A DNA stretch of 64,000 bases from Candidatus Caldarchaeum sp. (GCA_038831915.1 JAWBKB010000002.1:99751-163750); one strand, 5' to 3'. Positions 19,308 through 29,588 are shown, numbered from the stretch's first letter. Made by a program: numbers and translations. The notes: generated by a model not told the origin, from the sequence alone.

Positions 19308-19675
19308 TCGCAGACGTGGCATGAATCGACGTCGATGTCCGGTTCAACCTTTTTGTGGACTTCACACAAAATTCTCATCATCCTAATGTTCTTCAAGGCG
19401 TCGTTGATTCGTCGCGCGATTTCTTCCTTCGGCTCGTTCTTCATGACAGCTTCGACAACTTCGTCAACCCATTTCATCAGTTCATCATTTTTCTCAAGCT
19501 CAGTCGTAATCCCCCGCACCCCTCGTAAATAGTTGCTCACCGCCGCCTGGGTGACTCCGAGAACTTTCGCTGTCTGCTCCTGAGTAAAAGATTTGTCGTA
19601 GACCAGCTTTTTCGCGACCATCGCTCTCAGTATAGGGATGATGACCTTGGATTCGATTTCAGCGGGAAGCAGCAT
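19304..19675 (-). CDS. HTH transcriptional regulator (same family as ThiR N-terminal domain)
   Basis: PAEIE, GVTQAAVSNYLRG.RG, CEVH...CHVC. Confidence 0.85.
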   Translation of the reverse strand: MLLPAEIESKVIIPILRAMVAKKLVYDKSFTQEQTAKVLGVTQAAVSNYLRGVRGITTELEKNDELMKWVDEVVEAVMKNEPKEEIARRINDALKNIRMMRILCEVHKKVEPDIDVDSCHVCD

Positions 19676-19719
19676 ACCTCCCCAATCCTTCGTGCTATCA
19701 GTATATAAACAATTGGGTT

Positions 19720-20523
19720 CTAAACCTTAATGACCTCCACGTTCAATTCTTCAATCTGCTTTAAAAGCTGGGTCCGGTGTTCAGATTTTAGCCCATCCCA
19801 ATCAATAAGAGCCGTTCGGGGCTTCTCTATTGTTCTTTCGAAAGCCTGTGATATCATTCGTGATGTCATGGGAAAATGATGTTTGGATGCAACATGTCCA
19901 ACGCCGAATTCCCCATCCTGTAACGCTTTGACGATGTCCCGTGCGTAGTGGCCGCCGCCGAATCCAACAGCGTGTCTGGACGGTTTTTTGACTTTTTGAA
20001 AGCAGACATCGGCAACTGTTTGGGCGACTGCTTCGGCCATTTGGTCGTTACGCCACTCTTTTTCCGAACAACCTATCTCTACAAAAATCAAAGGCTTTTC
20101 AGAAAATGGGCCGTGATGAGTGGCCTCCATTCCGACTTCTAACCCACGCAACCCGACTGATTGAGCGGCATGCAGTCCAGCGGTGAACGCTTGATAAACA
20201 GCCGCTGCGGACGTCATCGAAAGCATTTCCGGCCTTCCGCCGAACAAGGCTGAATTTCCCCAGTTCCCAGTAGAATGTACGAGCAAACAGGGCTGCCCAG
20301 ATTCCGAAACATGTTTAGAAGGCACAACTATCAGGTCGCCTTCGACCTGTGAAACTTGGTCATCGGCTGTCAGCATCGAGCCCTGTACGCAGAAAATTTT
20401 AACATCTCGGTTGACGTAAACGTTTTCCATGTCGGTTTGACGCCAACCGAAGTTTTCCACGAGTTTATGCAAAATATTGACCGCGGCGATGTCCTGCAGC
20501 GAAAGCATCACAACCGGCTTCAT
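19720..20523 (-). CDS. dtdA: D-aminoacyl-tRNA deacylase (archaeal DTD2)
   Basis: SKHVS, HSTGN, EATHHGP, FVEIG, GGGHY. Confidence 0.9.
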   Translation of the reverse strand: MKPVVMLSLQDIAAVNILHKLVENFGWRQTDMENVYVNRDVKIFCVQGSMLTADDQVSQVEGDLIVVPSKHVSESGQPCLLVHSTGNWGNSALFGGRPEMLSMTSAAAVYQAFTAGLHAAQSVGLRGLEVGMEATHHGPFSEKPLIFVEIGCSEKEWRNDQMAEAVAQTVADVCFQKVKKPSRHAVGFGGGHYARDIVKALQDGEFGVGHVASKHHFPMTSRMISQAFERTIEKPRTALIDWDGLKSEHRTQLLKQIEELNVEVIKV

Positions 20524-20560
20524 CACGTTTTTAAAAAGGTAGCAGGTATTAAAAACATCT

Positions 20561-21403
20561 ATGCAATCCGGCCTTAGGCCGATAAACGCCATCCTATTGT
20601 CGGGATACGAAGTTCAGCAAATTTTGGCCCAGAAGTCAAACGATGTCTCGCTAGACCTCGGTATGTCCTTGACGAAAGTTTTCGTGACTGAGGCCGGGGT
20701 GCAGGTGGGAGAAAAATTGTTGAGCTGGGATGTTTTGCACTCCATGTCGGAAAGACCGGAGGACGTGTATCTGATAGGTGAAAAAATTTCGAAGCTTGCT
20801 TGGTTCGACCGGTCATACTACAGGTTGGTCGTGCCTGGCTTCCGTCAGCCACCGACCGTTGAAATTAACGGAATAAGAATGCATCGCACAGTCGACATAT
20901 CCCCTTTGGATGACGCAAAGGCAAAGGTTTCGCTGTTTGATGAGCTTTTGGGAAAAACCGTTCTCGATATCTGCACAGGCCTTGGATACACGGCGATTAG
21001 TGAAATTGGAAGAGGAGCTGAGAAAGTCGTAACAGTTGAACACGATGTCAACGTGCTAAGGATGGCGGCTTACAACCCTTGGTCGAGGGCTCTTTTTCAG
21101 CCGAAAATTGATATCGTCGTAGATGACGTTGTACGCTATTTGGAAAAATGCGACGTCGCTTTCGACGCCGTGATGCATGACCCACCAACCTACAAAATAG
21201 CAGGCCACCTCTATTCAATGGAATTGTACACAGCAGTATACAACGTGATGCGAAGAGGAGCTGTCCTCGTCCATTACGTCGGCCAACCCGGAATAAAAAG
21301 GGGTGTTCAATTTTACCGAGGAGTTTTAAACCGGCTGCGCAAAGCTGGGTTCAAACCGATTTACATTCCGGAAGTTCAGTGTGTGAAAGCATTTAAGTTG
21401 TAA
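20561..21403 (+). CDS. Predicted archaeal SAM-dependent methyltransferase
   Basis: PTVEINGIRMH, LDICTGLGYTA, NPWS, HDPP. Confidence 0.82.
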   Translation: MQSGLRPINAILLSGYEVQQILAQKSNDVSLDLGMSLTKVFVTEAGVQVGEKLLSWDVLHSMSERPEDVYLIGEKISKLAWFDRSYYRLVVPGFRQPPTVEINGIRMHRTVDISPLDDAKAKVSLFDELLGKTVLDICTGLGYTAISEIGRGAEKVVTVEHDVNVLRMAAYNPWSRALFQPKIDIVVDDVVRYLEKCDVAFDAVMHDPPTYKIAGHLYSMELYTAVYNVMRRGAVLVHYVGQPGIKRGVQFYRGVLNRLRKAGFKPIYIPEVQCVKAFKL

Positions 21404-21422
21404 CTGAGATGATGGTTTTTCG

Positions 21423-23051
21423 TTGACTGAAGCTGGGCGGCGTCAAATCGGGTTGGGCACTTGGATTGACAAGCTGGCGTTCGAAATAGTTGAAAGGGAG
21501 CAGCGGCTCGGTCGTAGTTTGGATAAAATCATAACGGAAGCTGGAATCGCTGCCTCGGGGTTTGTTCACATCGGCAGCTTATCCGACTCCATTCGTGCTT
21601 ACGCCGTTTCACTTGCTTTGAGGAACCTCGGCTACAACTCGGAGATGATTCAATTCGCGGACGACATGGACGGGCTTCGAAGCGTTCCCGCAGAAATCCC
21701 AGCAGAATTTGAAAAACATCTCCTCAAGCCAGTTTCTTTGATACCCGACCCTTTCAAATGCCATGACTCATACGCTGAACACATGGAAAATCAACTGCTC
21801 GACGCTCTCGCCCAAACCGGTGTCGATGCAAAACTTTACCGTGGATATATCATTTACAAAGAGGGGAGGCTCGCGAACGAAATTGCGAAAATCCTCACCC
21901 ATGCGAAAACTATCGGAGAAAAGATTGCCGAACTAACCAGTCAGAAAAAATTCCTCGAATCACTTCCATACTTCCCCCTGTGTGCATCATGCGGTCGTAT
22001 CTACACAACCTACGCACAATCCTTCAACCCTCAAACAAATAAGGTGTATTATGTTTGCAAAGGTGTTTCGATTAAGAAGCGTTGGTTTGAAGGATGTGGA
22101 TACGAGGGAGAAGCTGATATCAGAAAAGCTGACGGCAAGCTTTCTTGGAAGGTTGAATGGGCGGCGCGGTGGGCTGGGTTGGATGTTAGGTTCGAAGCCT
22201 ATGGTAAAGATTTAGCTGCCTCGGTGATGGTCAACGACTGGGTTTGTGAAAACATTCTTGGATTTCCACCACCGATGCACGTCCAGTACGAGCTATTTCT
22301 TGACGCGTCCAAGAGAAAGATTTCCAAATCACGCGGCGTATCGGTTTTCACACCTAGTGAATGGCTCAAATATGGAACCCCTCAAAGCCTCGTGCTTCTC
22401 TTTCTCAAAAGAATCAAAGGAACACGCGTCATATCACCGTCACTCATCCCCGCCTTGATGAACGAATTAGACAGGTTGGCTGAACAACATTACAGAGGCG
22501 AAGGAGACCCTAGAAAGACCAACCTGTATCTATACGCTTACCTCCTCAACCCGCCTCCGAAAAAACCCGCAACCGCGCCCTACGAGCTTCTACTATTTCT
22601 AGCGTCCATCGCACCCGCGGGGAAGGAGTATGAGTTCGTCACATCGCGGCTCAGGAAGTACGGATATCAGGTCGACGAAGAACTTTCGAAACGTGTTCAG
22701 TTGGCGATAAACTATTACAAAGCTTTTGGAAGGCCTCCGGCCGCGGCTCTTACGTTGGAGGAGCCTTTACGAACCGCGGTTGAAGAAGTTGCTGAAGCAG
22801 TAATTCATTCGGAAACACCGGAAATGCTTCAATTAAAAGTGTTCGAAACGGCGCGTCGTCACCAAATCAAGCCCGCGACTCTTTTCCAAAATCTATACAA
22901 AGTTCTCATTGGGCATGAAAGCGGGCCGAAATTCGCTCCCTTTGTTTTCGAAGACATCGGTGTGCAGAAGGCTTACGAAATTTTGAAAACCGCGGCCTCA
23001 CAAGGCTTAAATACGTCTACATCCAATAAAAGACACCCAAAACAAGAGTGA
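21423..23051 (+). CDS. lysS: Lysine-tRNA ligase, class I
   Basis: HIGS, DDMDGLR, KLSWKVEWAARW, KISKSRG. Confidence 0.95.
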   Translation: MTEAGRRQIGLGTWIDKLAFEIVEREQRLGRSLDKIITEAGIAASGFVHIGSLSDSIRAYAVSLALRNLGYNSEMIQFADDMDGLRSVPAEIPAEFEKHLLKPVSLIPDPFKCHDSYAEHMENQLLDALAQTGVDAKLYRGYIIYKEGRLANEIAKILTHAKTIGEKIAELTSQKKFLESLPYFPLCASCGRIYTTYAQSFNPQTNKVYYVCKGVSIKKRWFEGCGYEGEADIRKADGKLSWKVEWAARWAGLDVRFEAYGKDLAASVMVNDWVCENILGFPPPMHVQYELFLDASKRKISKSRGVSVFTPSEWLKYGTPQSLVLLFLKRIKGTRVISPSLIPALMNELDRLAEQHYRGEGDPRKTNLYLYAYLLNPPPKKPATAPYELLLFLASIAPAGKEYEFVTSRLRKYGYQVDEELSKRVQLAINYYKAFGRPPAAALTLEEPLRTAVEEVAEAVIHSETPEMLQLKVFETARRHQIKPATLFQNLYKVLIGHESGPKFAPFVFEDIGVQKAYEILKTAASQGLNTSTSNKRHPKQE

Positions 23052-23060
23052 ACACGAAAG

Positions 23061-23489
23061 TTGAGTGAATTGGTAAAGATAGGAAGTCTGACCCCGCGTT
23101 CGCGGGGCGTGAACCTCGTGGCAAAAGTCGTCGAAAAACCAGAGCCTCGCGTTGTTTCATCGCAGTACGACCAAGCCGAACACCGCTTGACAGAGGCTTT
23201 GATAGCTGACGAAACCGGAGCCATAACACTGGTTCTTTGGGATGACAACATCGACCTTGTAAACGAAGGCGACTCTGTTAAAGTGACGAACGGCTTCATC
23301 AAATTGTTCCGCGGAAAAATGCAGCTTAACCTCGGAAGGTTCGGCAGAATCGAGCAAAGCGATGTGCTGATATCAGAGGTTAATACCGAGAACAACCTTT
23401 CGCAGAAAGAAAGCTATTCATCCGAGGAGAGGCCTCGGAGGAGTAGTTTTAGGTCGAGAGGCTTCCAAAGAGGCAGACGGTTTACGTAG
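23061..23489 (+). CDS. ssb: Single-OB-fold ssDNA-binding protein (crenarchaeal SSB type)
   Basis: ADETG...LVLW...NGFIKLFRGKMQLN, flexible Arg/Gly tail. Confidence 0.88.
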   Translation: MSELVKIGSLTPRSRGVNLVAKVVEKPEPRVVSSQYDQAEHRLTEALIADETGAITLVLWDDNIDLVNEGDSVKVTNGFIKLFRGKMQLNLGRFGRIEQSDVLISEVNTENNLSQKESYSSEERPRRSSFRSRGFQRGRRFT

Positions 23490-24753
23490 ACTGTTCAGGC
23501 TCCACCAATAACAAACCATCTTCTTTTCCCACAACCTTTATTCTCTGATTTTCAGAGACAGATTTAACAGCTTTCGCCCTCCAATATTCCCCATCTACGA
23601 ACACGTACCCTTCCTTGCCAGCTTCGATGGGCTCAGCCGCTCTCCCGAATTTCAACTCAGGTTGTATCGGTTTTTTCCGCTGAACTTTGAAGGATTTGTA
23701 CATTAAGAAGCTGAAGAAACCTGCGAGAAACAAAGCTATCAGAACGACGCTTGTCTGGAAAGAAGTAAACCATTCCTGTGCGACGAAAGCTGGAGCCGGT
23801 GAATATCCCCCGAGAAGTATGATGCCGACCGTCAGCGAAACGAGGCCGCTGACACCGATCACGCCGAATCCCGGAGACAGAATTTCGTAGAGCAGTAGAA
23901 CAGCCCCTAGAAAGGCGAGAAAAGCCCCCGCTATGTTTATGTTCAGGCCTTGGCCGATTAGGCCGAGAACGATCATCAATCCGCCTACAATTTCTCCGCC
24001 CCATCCTGGCGAAGATAAGCCAACCAAAAGCATCAAAATTCCAATTGATATTAACAGGCTGGACACAAGAGGGTCTGAAATAGCCGAAACGACCGCAGCA
24101 GTCAGGCCGACCTCTTTCCTTTCCACCCGCGCATTGCTCAGTCTAAGAATTTTCTCACCTTCGAGCCTTTTCACAACCTTTCCATCGGCCAGCTTCAACA
24201 ATTCATCGATATCCACCGCAACGGCCTCAATCAACCCTGATTCGTATGCTGATAAAGGATTGAAGTTTTTGTTCTCTGTGACGATTTTAATCGCTTCTTC
24301 ACGATTTCTGCCATGCGTTTCCGCCAAAGTCCCCATTTTCTCCGCGAAGAAATTCAAAACCTTGCTGTCGGTAACCGGCTCACCGCCTGCAATAGGCTGC
24401 GCTGAACCAATTACCGTGCCCGGAGCCATGGCTGCGAAATCAGTTGCTAACAGGATATATGTTCCAGCGGAAAGCGCCTTGCCCCCTGGGGGATAAACGA
24501 AGCCGATGGTTGCAACTGGCGCCCTTTGAAGCGCCTCAACTATTCGTAACATCGCGTCCGCGCTTCCGCCAAGGGTATTCAAAGTAATCAACAGCGCCGA
24601 ATATTTTGCTGAAGAGGAGACGGCTTCCTCAACATACAAAACGGTGCCAGAAGATATGTATCCGTCTATACTAATCCACAGAACCGACGGCTGTTCAGCG
24701 TTAATCACAAGGAGAAAAAATCCGAGGAAAATCAGTAGCGCGCCTATCTTCAT
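23482..24753 (-). CDS. nfeD: NfeD membrane-bound protease (ClpP class)
   Basis: NTLGG, SAGTY, GSAQP, TM segment, C-terminal GEYWRA OB domain. Confidence 0.9.
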   Translation of the reverse strand: MKIGALLIFLGFFLLVINAEQPSVLWISIDGYISSGTVLYVEEAVSSSAKYSALLITLNTLGGSADAMLRIVEALQRAPVATIGFVYPPGGKALSAGTYILLATDFAAMAPGTVIGSAQPIAGGEPVTDSKVLNFFAEKMGTLAETHGRNREEAIKIVTENKNFNPLSAYESGLIEAVAVDIDELLKLADGKVVKRLEGEKILRLSNARVERKEVGLTAAVVSAISDPLVSSLLISIGILMLLVGLSSPGWGGEIVGGLMIVLGLIGQGLNINIAGAFLAFLGAVLLLYEILSPGFGVIGVSGLVSLTVGIILLGGYSPAPAFVAQEWFTSFQTSVVLIALFLAGFFSFLMYKSFKVQRKKPIQPELKFGRAAEPIEAGKEGYVFVDGEYWRAKAVKSVSENQRIKVVGKEDGLLLVEPEQST

Positions 24754-25565
24754 GTTTTTTTCTGTGCCACAAGCCCAAGTAATGTTGCGAGGTCTTTGGT
24801 TGCCGATTCTGTGACTACTATCATGTTCTTCTCTCTCGCGATTTCACCCCAGGTCTGAAGTTCTCGGAGACGTAGCGCTATCGGGTGTGCGGCATAATAA
24901 TCTGCGGCTTGAGCCATTTTTTCAGCGGCCATCAACTCACCCTCAGCAGCGATGATTCTGCTTCTTCTTTCTCTTTCTGCTTCCGCCTGCTTCGCGATGG
25001 CCCGCTGCATCATTTCCGGAATAACGACGTCCCGTAACGCAACCGTTGTCACTTTAATTCCCCACGGAGCTGTTGCTTCATCAAGTATTTGCTGAATTCG
25101 TTTGTTTAATTCTTCGCGTCGGGTGAGCAGGTCATCCAATTCAACCTGCCCAATAACGTCTCTTAGAGTTGTTTGAGCAAGAAGAGTCGAAGCCATAAAG
25201 TAATCCTTAACCTTAACTACGGCCATTTCAGGGTCTGTGACGCGGAAATAAACGATGGCGTCCACATCAACGGTTACGTTGTCCTTGGTGATGATACGTT
25301 GTTTTGGAACGTCGAAAGTAACCAGCCTCAAGTCGATGATTCTTTTCCGGTCGATTACTGGAAGTATTATAACTAACCCCGGGCCTTTGACTCCTAGAAG
25401 TCTGCCCAGCCGGAAGATTACAGCTCTTTCATATTCTGTCACAATCTTGATGGATGATGACAATATAATTAGCAAAAGCAATATTAGGAAAAACAGTGGA
25501 ATCGCTACATCGGGCGCAAAAAGCAACGAAATTGGGATTTGATAAAAACTCAGAGGGAACGACAT
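24750..25565 (-). CDS. Stomatin/SPFH (slipin) protein
   Basis: EYERAVIFRLGR, TKDNV, AQTTLR, QAEAERERR. Confidence 0.95.
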   Translation of the reverse strand: MSFPLSFYQIPISLLFAPDVAIPLFFLILLLLIILSSSIKIVTEYERAVIFRLGRLLGVKGPGLVIILPVIDRKRIIDLRLVTFDVPKQRIITKDNVTVDVDAIVYFRVTDPEMAVVKVKDYFMASTLLAQTTLRDVIGQVELDDLLTRREELNKRIQQILDEATAPWGIKVTTVALRDVVIPEMMQRAIAKQAEAERERRSRIIAAEGELMAAEKMAQAADYYAAHPIALRLRELQTWGEIAREKNMIVVTESATKDLATLLGLVAQKKT

Positions 25566-25641
25566 CTCAGCAGTTTTAGTATTGTCCGCTTTTTATTTAA
25601 GCATATATTACCTAAACCTTACCGTGATACTGTCGCTGTCT

Positions 25642-25653
25642 ATGTTCGAACAT
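25642..25653. promoter_or_regulatory. Perfect palindrome in divergent promoter region
   Basis: ATGTTCGAACAT between stomatin and the coiled-coil operon. Confidence 0.35.
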
Positions 25654-25713
25654 TTTCTAAACCAGCTCGCGCGTTATAGCTTATATCACTGCTCGTTGAT
25701 TTAACGAGAAGAC

Positions 25714-27144
25714 ATGGAAGGCGCCAAGAACAGCGCTGAAAACATCGAGTCACTTGAACAACAATACGATGTCCAAGGGCTCTCGGAAGCTTTGAAAAAA
25801 GCTGGAATCGAGATTTCACAGCTGAAAAAGTATCTGAAAGCGGCCGCCAGGCTTCGCGAACTCGAAAAACAATACGGCAAATCCTATCAGGTTCTTCTTC
25901 GAGAATACGAGAAGAAGTTCCGTGAAAGCGTTAAGCTTGAATACAATATCAGTGAACTGCTGGAGAAAAGGAAACGCATCGAAGAAGATTTGAAAGTTTA
26001 CATGGAGCAGCAGAAGCTCACTCTGGAAACCATTAACAAAGTTGCTTCGGTTCTTCAGACGCTCCAAAAATATTCGATAGACGTCGGTGATATTGAGAAG
26101 TTAGCGAAAGTCGCGGAGAAAATAGCTGCTACAGGAATGGACTTTAAGCAATTGTTTGAAACTTTTTCAAAGCTTGAGGATGCCGAGTCTAGGCTCGCCG
26201 AGGCTGACAAGAGGCTCGCAGAAACTGTTGAGAAACTTCGAAAAGCCGAAGAAGAGCTGCAGTCTCGCGTTCGGTTGATTCAAGAAGTGGCACAATGGTG
26301 GCCTGAAATCGAGAGCATCGCCGAAGTCAGAACCAAGCTTGCGAGAGAGAAAGCCGAGCTCGAATTAAAGCTTGAAGAGACCAAACAGAAACTCGAATCG
26401 CTCACATCGCAGTACGAGGCGATTTTAGGGTTCAAGGTAAACTCGGAACAGATTGTAAGAATGATCGAGGAGAAAAAGAACGAGTTGAACAGGCTTGAGG
26501 AAGAGGTGGTGCGTAAGAAAGAGACGCTTCAAATTCTAGACGAAGAGCTTGCATCGGCGAGGTCTCTTCTGGTTCTCTTGCAGAACCCTGAACTTGTTAA
26601 AAAAGATGATTTGGAAGCATTGTCGCGGCAATTCGCCAACCTTGCTAACATCAAATCAGGAGTTATGCCGTCCTTGAAAGCTTTGGAACCCTCTCTCATG
26701 GAGAATGTGCGGAAGCGTGTGGTCGAGCTCGTGATGCCTGTCATCAGAATGGAGCTTGTCCCTCGATGGGTTTTTGAAAAGCTGGAAAAAGAGTTCAAAG
26801 ATATTGTGGCTAAGAAGGTGCAGCTAGAAGAGGAGCTGGAAAAAATCAGGAACGAGCTAGGTCAGAACAAGTCGTCGAAGACTTCCGTCTTCGAACAGCC
26901 GCCTGTTCAGCAGCCGAAACAGTTTCGGCTTTTGAAGAAAGGCGTCATGTTAACATCTGACAGCGGGGTAAGAATTAGGCTTAAGTGCATTTACTGTCAA
27001 AATTCGACTCTTATGATGTTACCGGTAAAAGAGGATTTGGCAGCAGCCGCTTCAAAGGATTTGCTTGTTACTTCATGCAGCTACTGCGGTAAAGAAATAT
27101 CGGTTGACCCTACGACTTTGATTGACAGATTCTTCAAGGGGTGA
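25714..27144 (+). CDS. Long coiled-coil protein with C-terminal Zn ribbon
   Basis: E/K/L heptad-rich body; CIYC...CSYC at the C-terminus; no Walker motifs. Confidence 0.8.
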   Translation: MEGAKNSAENIESLEQQYDVQGLSEALKKAGIEISQLKKYLKAAARLRELEKQYGKSYQVLLREYEKKFRESVKLEYNISELLEKRKRIEEDLKVYMEQQKLTLETINKVASVLQTLQKYSIDVGDIEKLAKVAEKIAATGMDFKQLFETFSKLEDAESRLAEADKRLAETVEKLRKAEEELQSRVRLIQEVAQWWPEIESIAEVRTKLAREKAELELKLEETKQKLESLTSQYEAILGFKVNSEQIVRMIEEKKNELNRLEEEVVRKKETLQILDEELASARSLLVLLQNPELVKKDDLEALSRQFANLANIKSGVMPSLKALEPSLMENVRKRVVELVMPVIRMELVPRWVFEKLEKEFKDIVAKKVQLEEELEKIRNELGQNKSSKTSVFEQPPVQQPKQFRLLKKGVMLTSDSGVRIRLKCIYCQNSTLMMLPVKEDLAAAASKDLLVTSCSYCGKEISVDPTTLIDRFFKG

Positions 27145-27150
27145 ATTTCC

Positions 27151-27525
27151 ATGAAGAAACTTAACCCTATCGTTCAGATGCTTAAATGGAAAACCAGACT
27201 TTTGTCCCACGACGAAATCATACAGATACTTTCAGCTATCGGAACGATTGAGCACAACCCGTTCACGTTAACTGAACTTACTGAGAAGCTTCCGGAGTCG
27301 ATTTCGCGAAACGAAAGCAAACGACGCAGTGTTTCGACTTTTCTGTCGAACTTGGTTGAGCTCGGCTACCTTATAAAACCGTCTGAGAGAAAGTGGCTGA
27401 AAACCGCCGCGACTCTCAGCGTATACCTAAGCCCTTTGCTGATAGAGTTGAACGACTTGGAAAAACATTCGGTTCAATCCGAGAAGAAAGAGAAGAAGGT
27501 TATCCAGCTCGAGGATAGAAGATAG
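27151..27525 (+). CDS. Putative winged-helix protein
   Basis: FTLTELTEKL...VSTFLSNLVELGYLIKPSERKW pattern; GGGGTGA SD upstream. Confidence 0.65.
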   Translation: MKKLNPIVQMLKWKTRLLSHDEIIQILSAIGTIEHNPFTLTELTEKLPESISRNESKRRSVSTFLSNLVELGYLIKPSERKWLKTAATLSVYLSPLLIELNDLEKHSVQSEKKEKKVIQLEDRR

Positions 27526-27951
27526 ATGCCGCGAAAGCCTTCGAACCCGAGCTCTCCAAAATACAAGGCGAGGCTGGGCTACGAAGGAGAATATGGTTTG
27601 TTGAAGCGTTTTATCGAAGTTGGTGAGAAAGGGTTTTACGCGGTTAGAACTCCAGGAAGCGGGACCGGCAAGCTGCCAAAGCCTGACGTTATAGCGGTTG
27701 ACCAAGGAGAGTTGCTCGCCATCGAGGTGAAGAGCAGCAGCAAGAACTACGCGTCGCTGTCGGCTGAACAGGTAAGACGTTTGAGGGAATTTGGTGAAAG
27801 GTTTGAGGTGAAATGTCCCCACTGTGGCGGAACATTCAAACCGAGGCAGGTTGTTGCAGTGAGATTCGTCGGCCGGGGTTGGAAATTCTACGATTTAACC
27901 GATTATCCATCAGGGCAGGGGTTTACGGTGAAATGGGAGAATGATGGTTGA
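27526..27951 (+). CDS. hjc: Holliday junction resolvase Hjc
   Basis: G..GE, RTPGSG, PDVIA, IEVKS; CPHC insert. Confidence 0.88.
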   Translation: MPRKPSNPSSPKYKARLGYEGEYGLLKRFIEVGEKGFYAVRTPGSGTGKLPKPDVIAVDQGELLAIEVKSSSKNYASLSAEQVRRLREFGERFEVKCPHCGGTFKPRQVVAVRFVGRGWKFYDLTDYPSGQGFTVKWENDG

Positions 27952-28387
27952 CGAGCTTGACCTCAAAATTTTACACGAGCTTTACAGGGATGGCCGCGCG
28001 GCTTTCGCCGACATAGCACGAAAACTAGGCGTGAGCGAGAACACCGTCCGCTTTAGGTATAAGAGAATGCTGGAAGAGGGTGTGATCCGACGCATCACTG
28101 TTCTGGTTGACCATACTAAGCTCGGCCTCAACAATTCCGCAGCCTTGATGCTAAAAATCGAGCCAACAGAGATACAGCACGTTCTCGAAGAGCTGAAAGC
28201 GATGCGCGAAGTTTACAACATTTACCAACTTTCGGGAGACTATGACGCTATAGCAGTCGTGGTTGGAAGAGATTTGGATCATATCCGCGAAATAGTCGAA
28301 AATGTCAAGAAAATCAAGGGAGTTTCAGCTGTCAACACGCTGATAACGCTACGTGTCGTCAAAACGGAAAACCGTTACGACATCTAA
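27941..28387 (+). CDS. Lrp/AsnC family regulator
   Basis: DELDLKIL..L..DGR, GVSENTV, SGDYD. Confidence 0.93.
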   Translation: MMVDELDLKILHELYRDGRAAFADIARKLGVSENTVRFRYKRMLEEGVIRRITVLVDHTKLGLNNSAALMLKIEPTEIQHVLEELKAMREVYNIYQLSGDYDAIAVVVGRDLDHIREIVENVKKIKGVSAVNTLITLRVVKTENRYDI

Positions 28388-28424
28388 AGCATACGGCTAA
28401 ATTGCCGGAAAGCCGTCCGTTCCC

Positions 28425-29576
28425 ATGACTTATGCAGCAACCAACTATGTGAAAATGCACCAGCAATACAGGAGCTCATGCATCAATCTGGTTGCGAGCG
28501 AAAACTTGTTGAGCCCAAGGGCTCGAAATGCTCTTGCATCCGATATGGCTTCGAGATATGCGTTGAGGCCAGAATTCTATGGAGGCACAACCTGGATTCA
28601 CCATGTATGGACGTTGGCTGAAGATCTTGCTAAAGCTGTTTTTAACGCAGAATATTGTAGCGTTGCACCCCTTTCAGGGCATGTTTCTTTGATGATGACG
28701 CTCTACACAGTTGTAAGGAGAAGTGGAAAAATCGCCGTTGTCGACCCCAGACTCGCCGGCTATCCAGGTCTTGCATCGGACAAAATACCCGAAATTTTTG
28801 GACATACTGTGGTTTTTCTGCCTGAAAAAGACTTGATGATCGATAAAGACCCAGCGGTCGAATTACTGGCAAAAGAAAAGCCAGACGCAGTCGTGCTCGG
28901 TGCAAGCTTGATTCTTTATCCTATGCCGGTGAAGGAAATTTCCGAGGTAGTTCATTCCTATGGTGGTCACGTTATTTACGACGGTTCTCACGTTCTAGGG
29001 TTAATTGCGGGAAAAAGTTTCCAGCAACCGCTCGAGGAAGGAGCTGATGTGTTGTTGGGCTCGACTCACAAAAGCTTTTTCGGGCCTCAAGGCGGCTTGA
29101 TACTAACAAACGACAAAGAAATTGCTGAAAAGATAGAACGAAACACTTTTCACAAATTTGTAGACAACATTCATTTTAACCGAATCGCTGCTCTGGCTGT
29201 TTCACTCGAGGAAATGAAAAAGCATGGTAGAAAATATGCTGAGAAGGTGGTTGAAAACGCCAACATGCTCGCCGTGTCGCTTGAAAAAAGAGAATTGAAA
29301 CCTTTCAAAAATTCTATGGGCTTCACCCGTTCACATCAAGTATATCTCCCGTATTCTGAGGAAGACGGTGTGAAGGTTCGCGACATTCTGGAGCGCAACC
29401 ACATCATCGCAGATATGGCTGTGAGGTTGGGGACGAACGAAGTCACGAGGAGGGGAATGGGTCTGCGGCAGATGGACATCATTGCCGAGTATATCGTCCG
29501 AGCCTTACAGGGTGAAAACATGAAAAACAAGGTTCGTGCATTGGCTCACCGGTTTAAATCTGTCAAATTTACGTAA
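28425..29576 (+). CDS. glyA: Serine hydroxymethyltransferase
   Basis: NLVASEN, YDGSHVLGLIAG, STHKSFFGPQGG, RLGTNEVTRRGM. Confidence 0.9.
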   Translation: MTYAATNYVKMHQQYRSSCINLVASENLLSPRARNALASDMASRYALRPEFYGGTTWIHHVWTLAEDLAKAVFNAEYCSVAPLSGHVSLMMTLYTVVRRSGKIAVVDPRLAGYPGLASDKIPEIFGHTVVFLPEKDLMIDKDPAVELLAKEKPDAVVLGASLILYPMPVKEISEVVHSYGGHVIYDGSHVLGLIAGKSFQQPLEEGADVLLGSTHKSFFGPQGGLILTNDKEIAEKIERNTFHKFVDNIHFNRIAALAVSLEEMKKHGRKYAEKVVENANMLAVSLEKRELKPFKNSMGFTRSHQVYLPYSEEDGVKVRDILERNHIIADMAVRLGTNEVTRRGMGLRQMDIIAEYIVRALQGENMKNKVRALAHRFKSVKFT

Positions 29577-29588
29577 AGGTAAAGCAAG

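Noticed and set aside
25714-27144. SMC/Rad50 or ESCRT-III assignment
   Set aside because: No Walker A/B or signature motif; no recognisable Snf7 pattern
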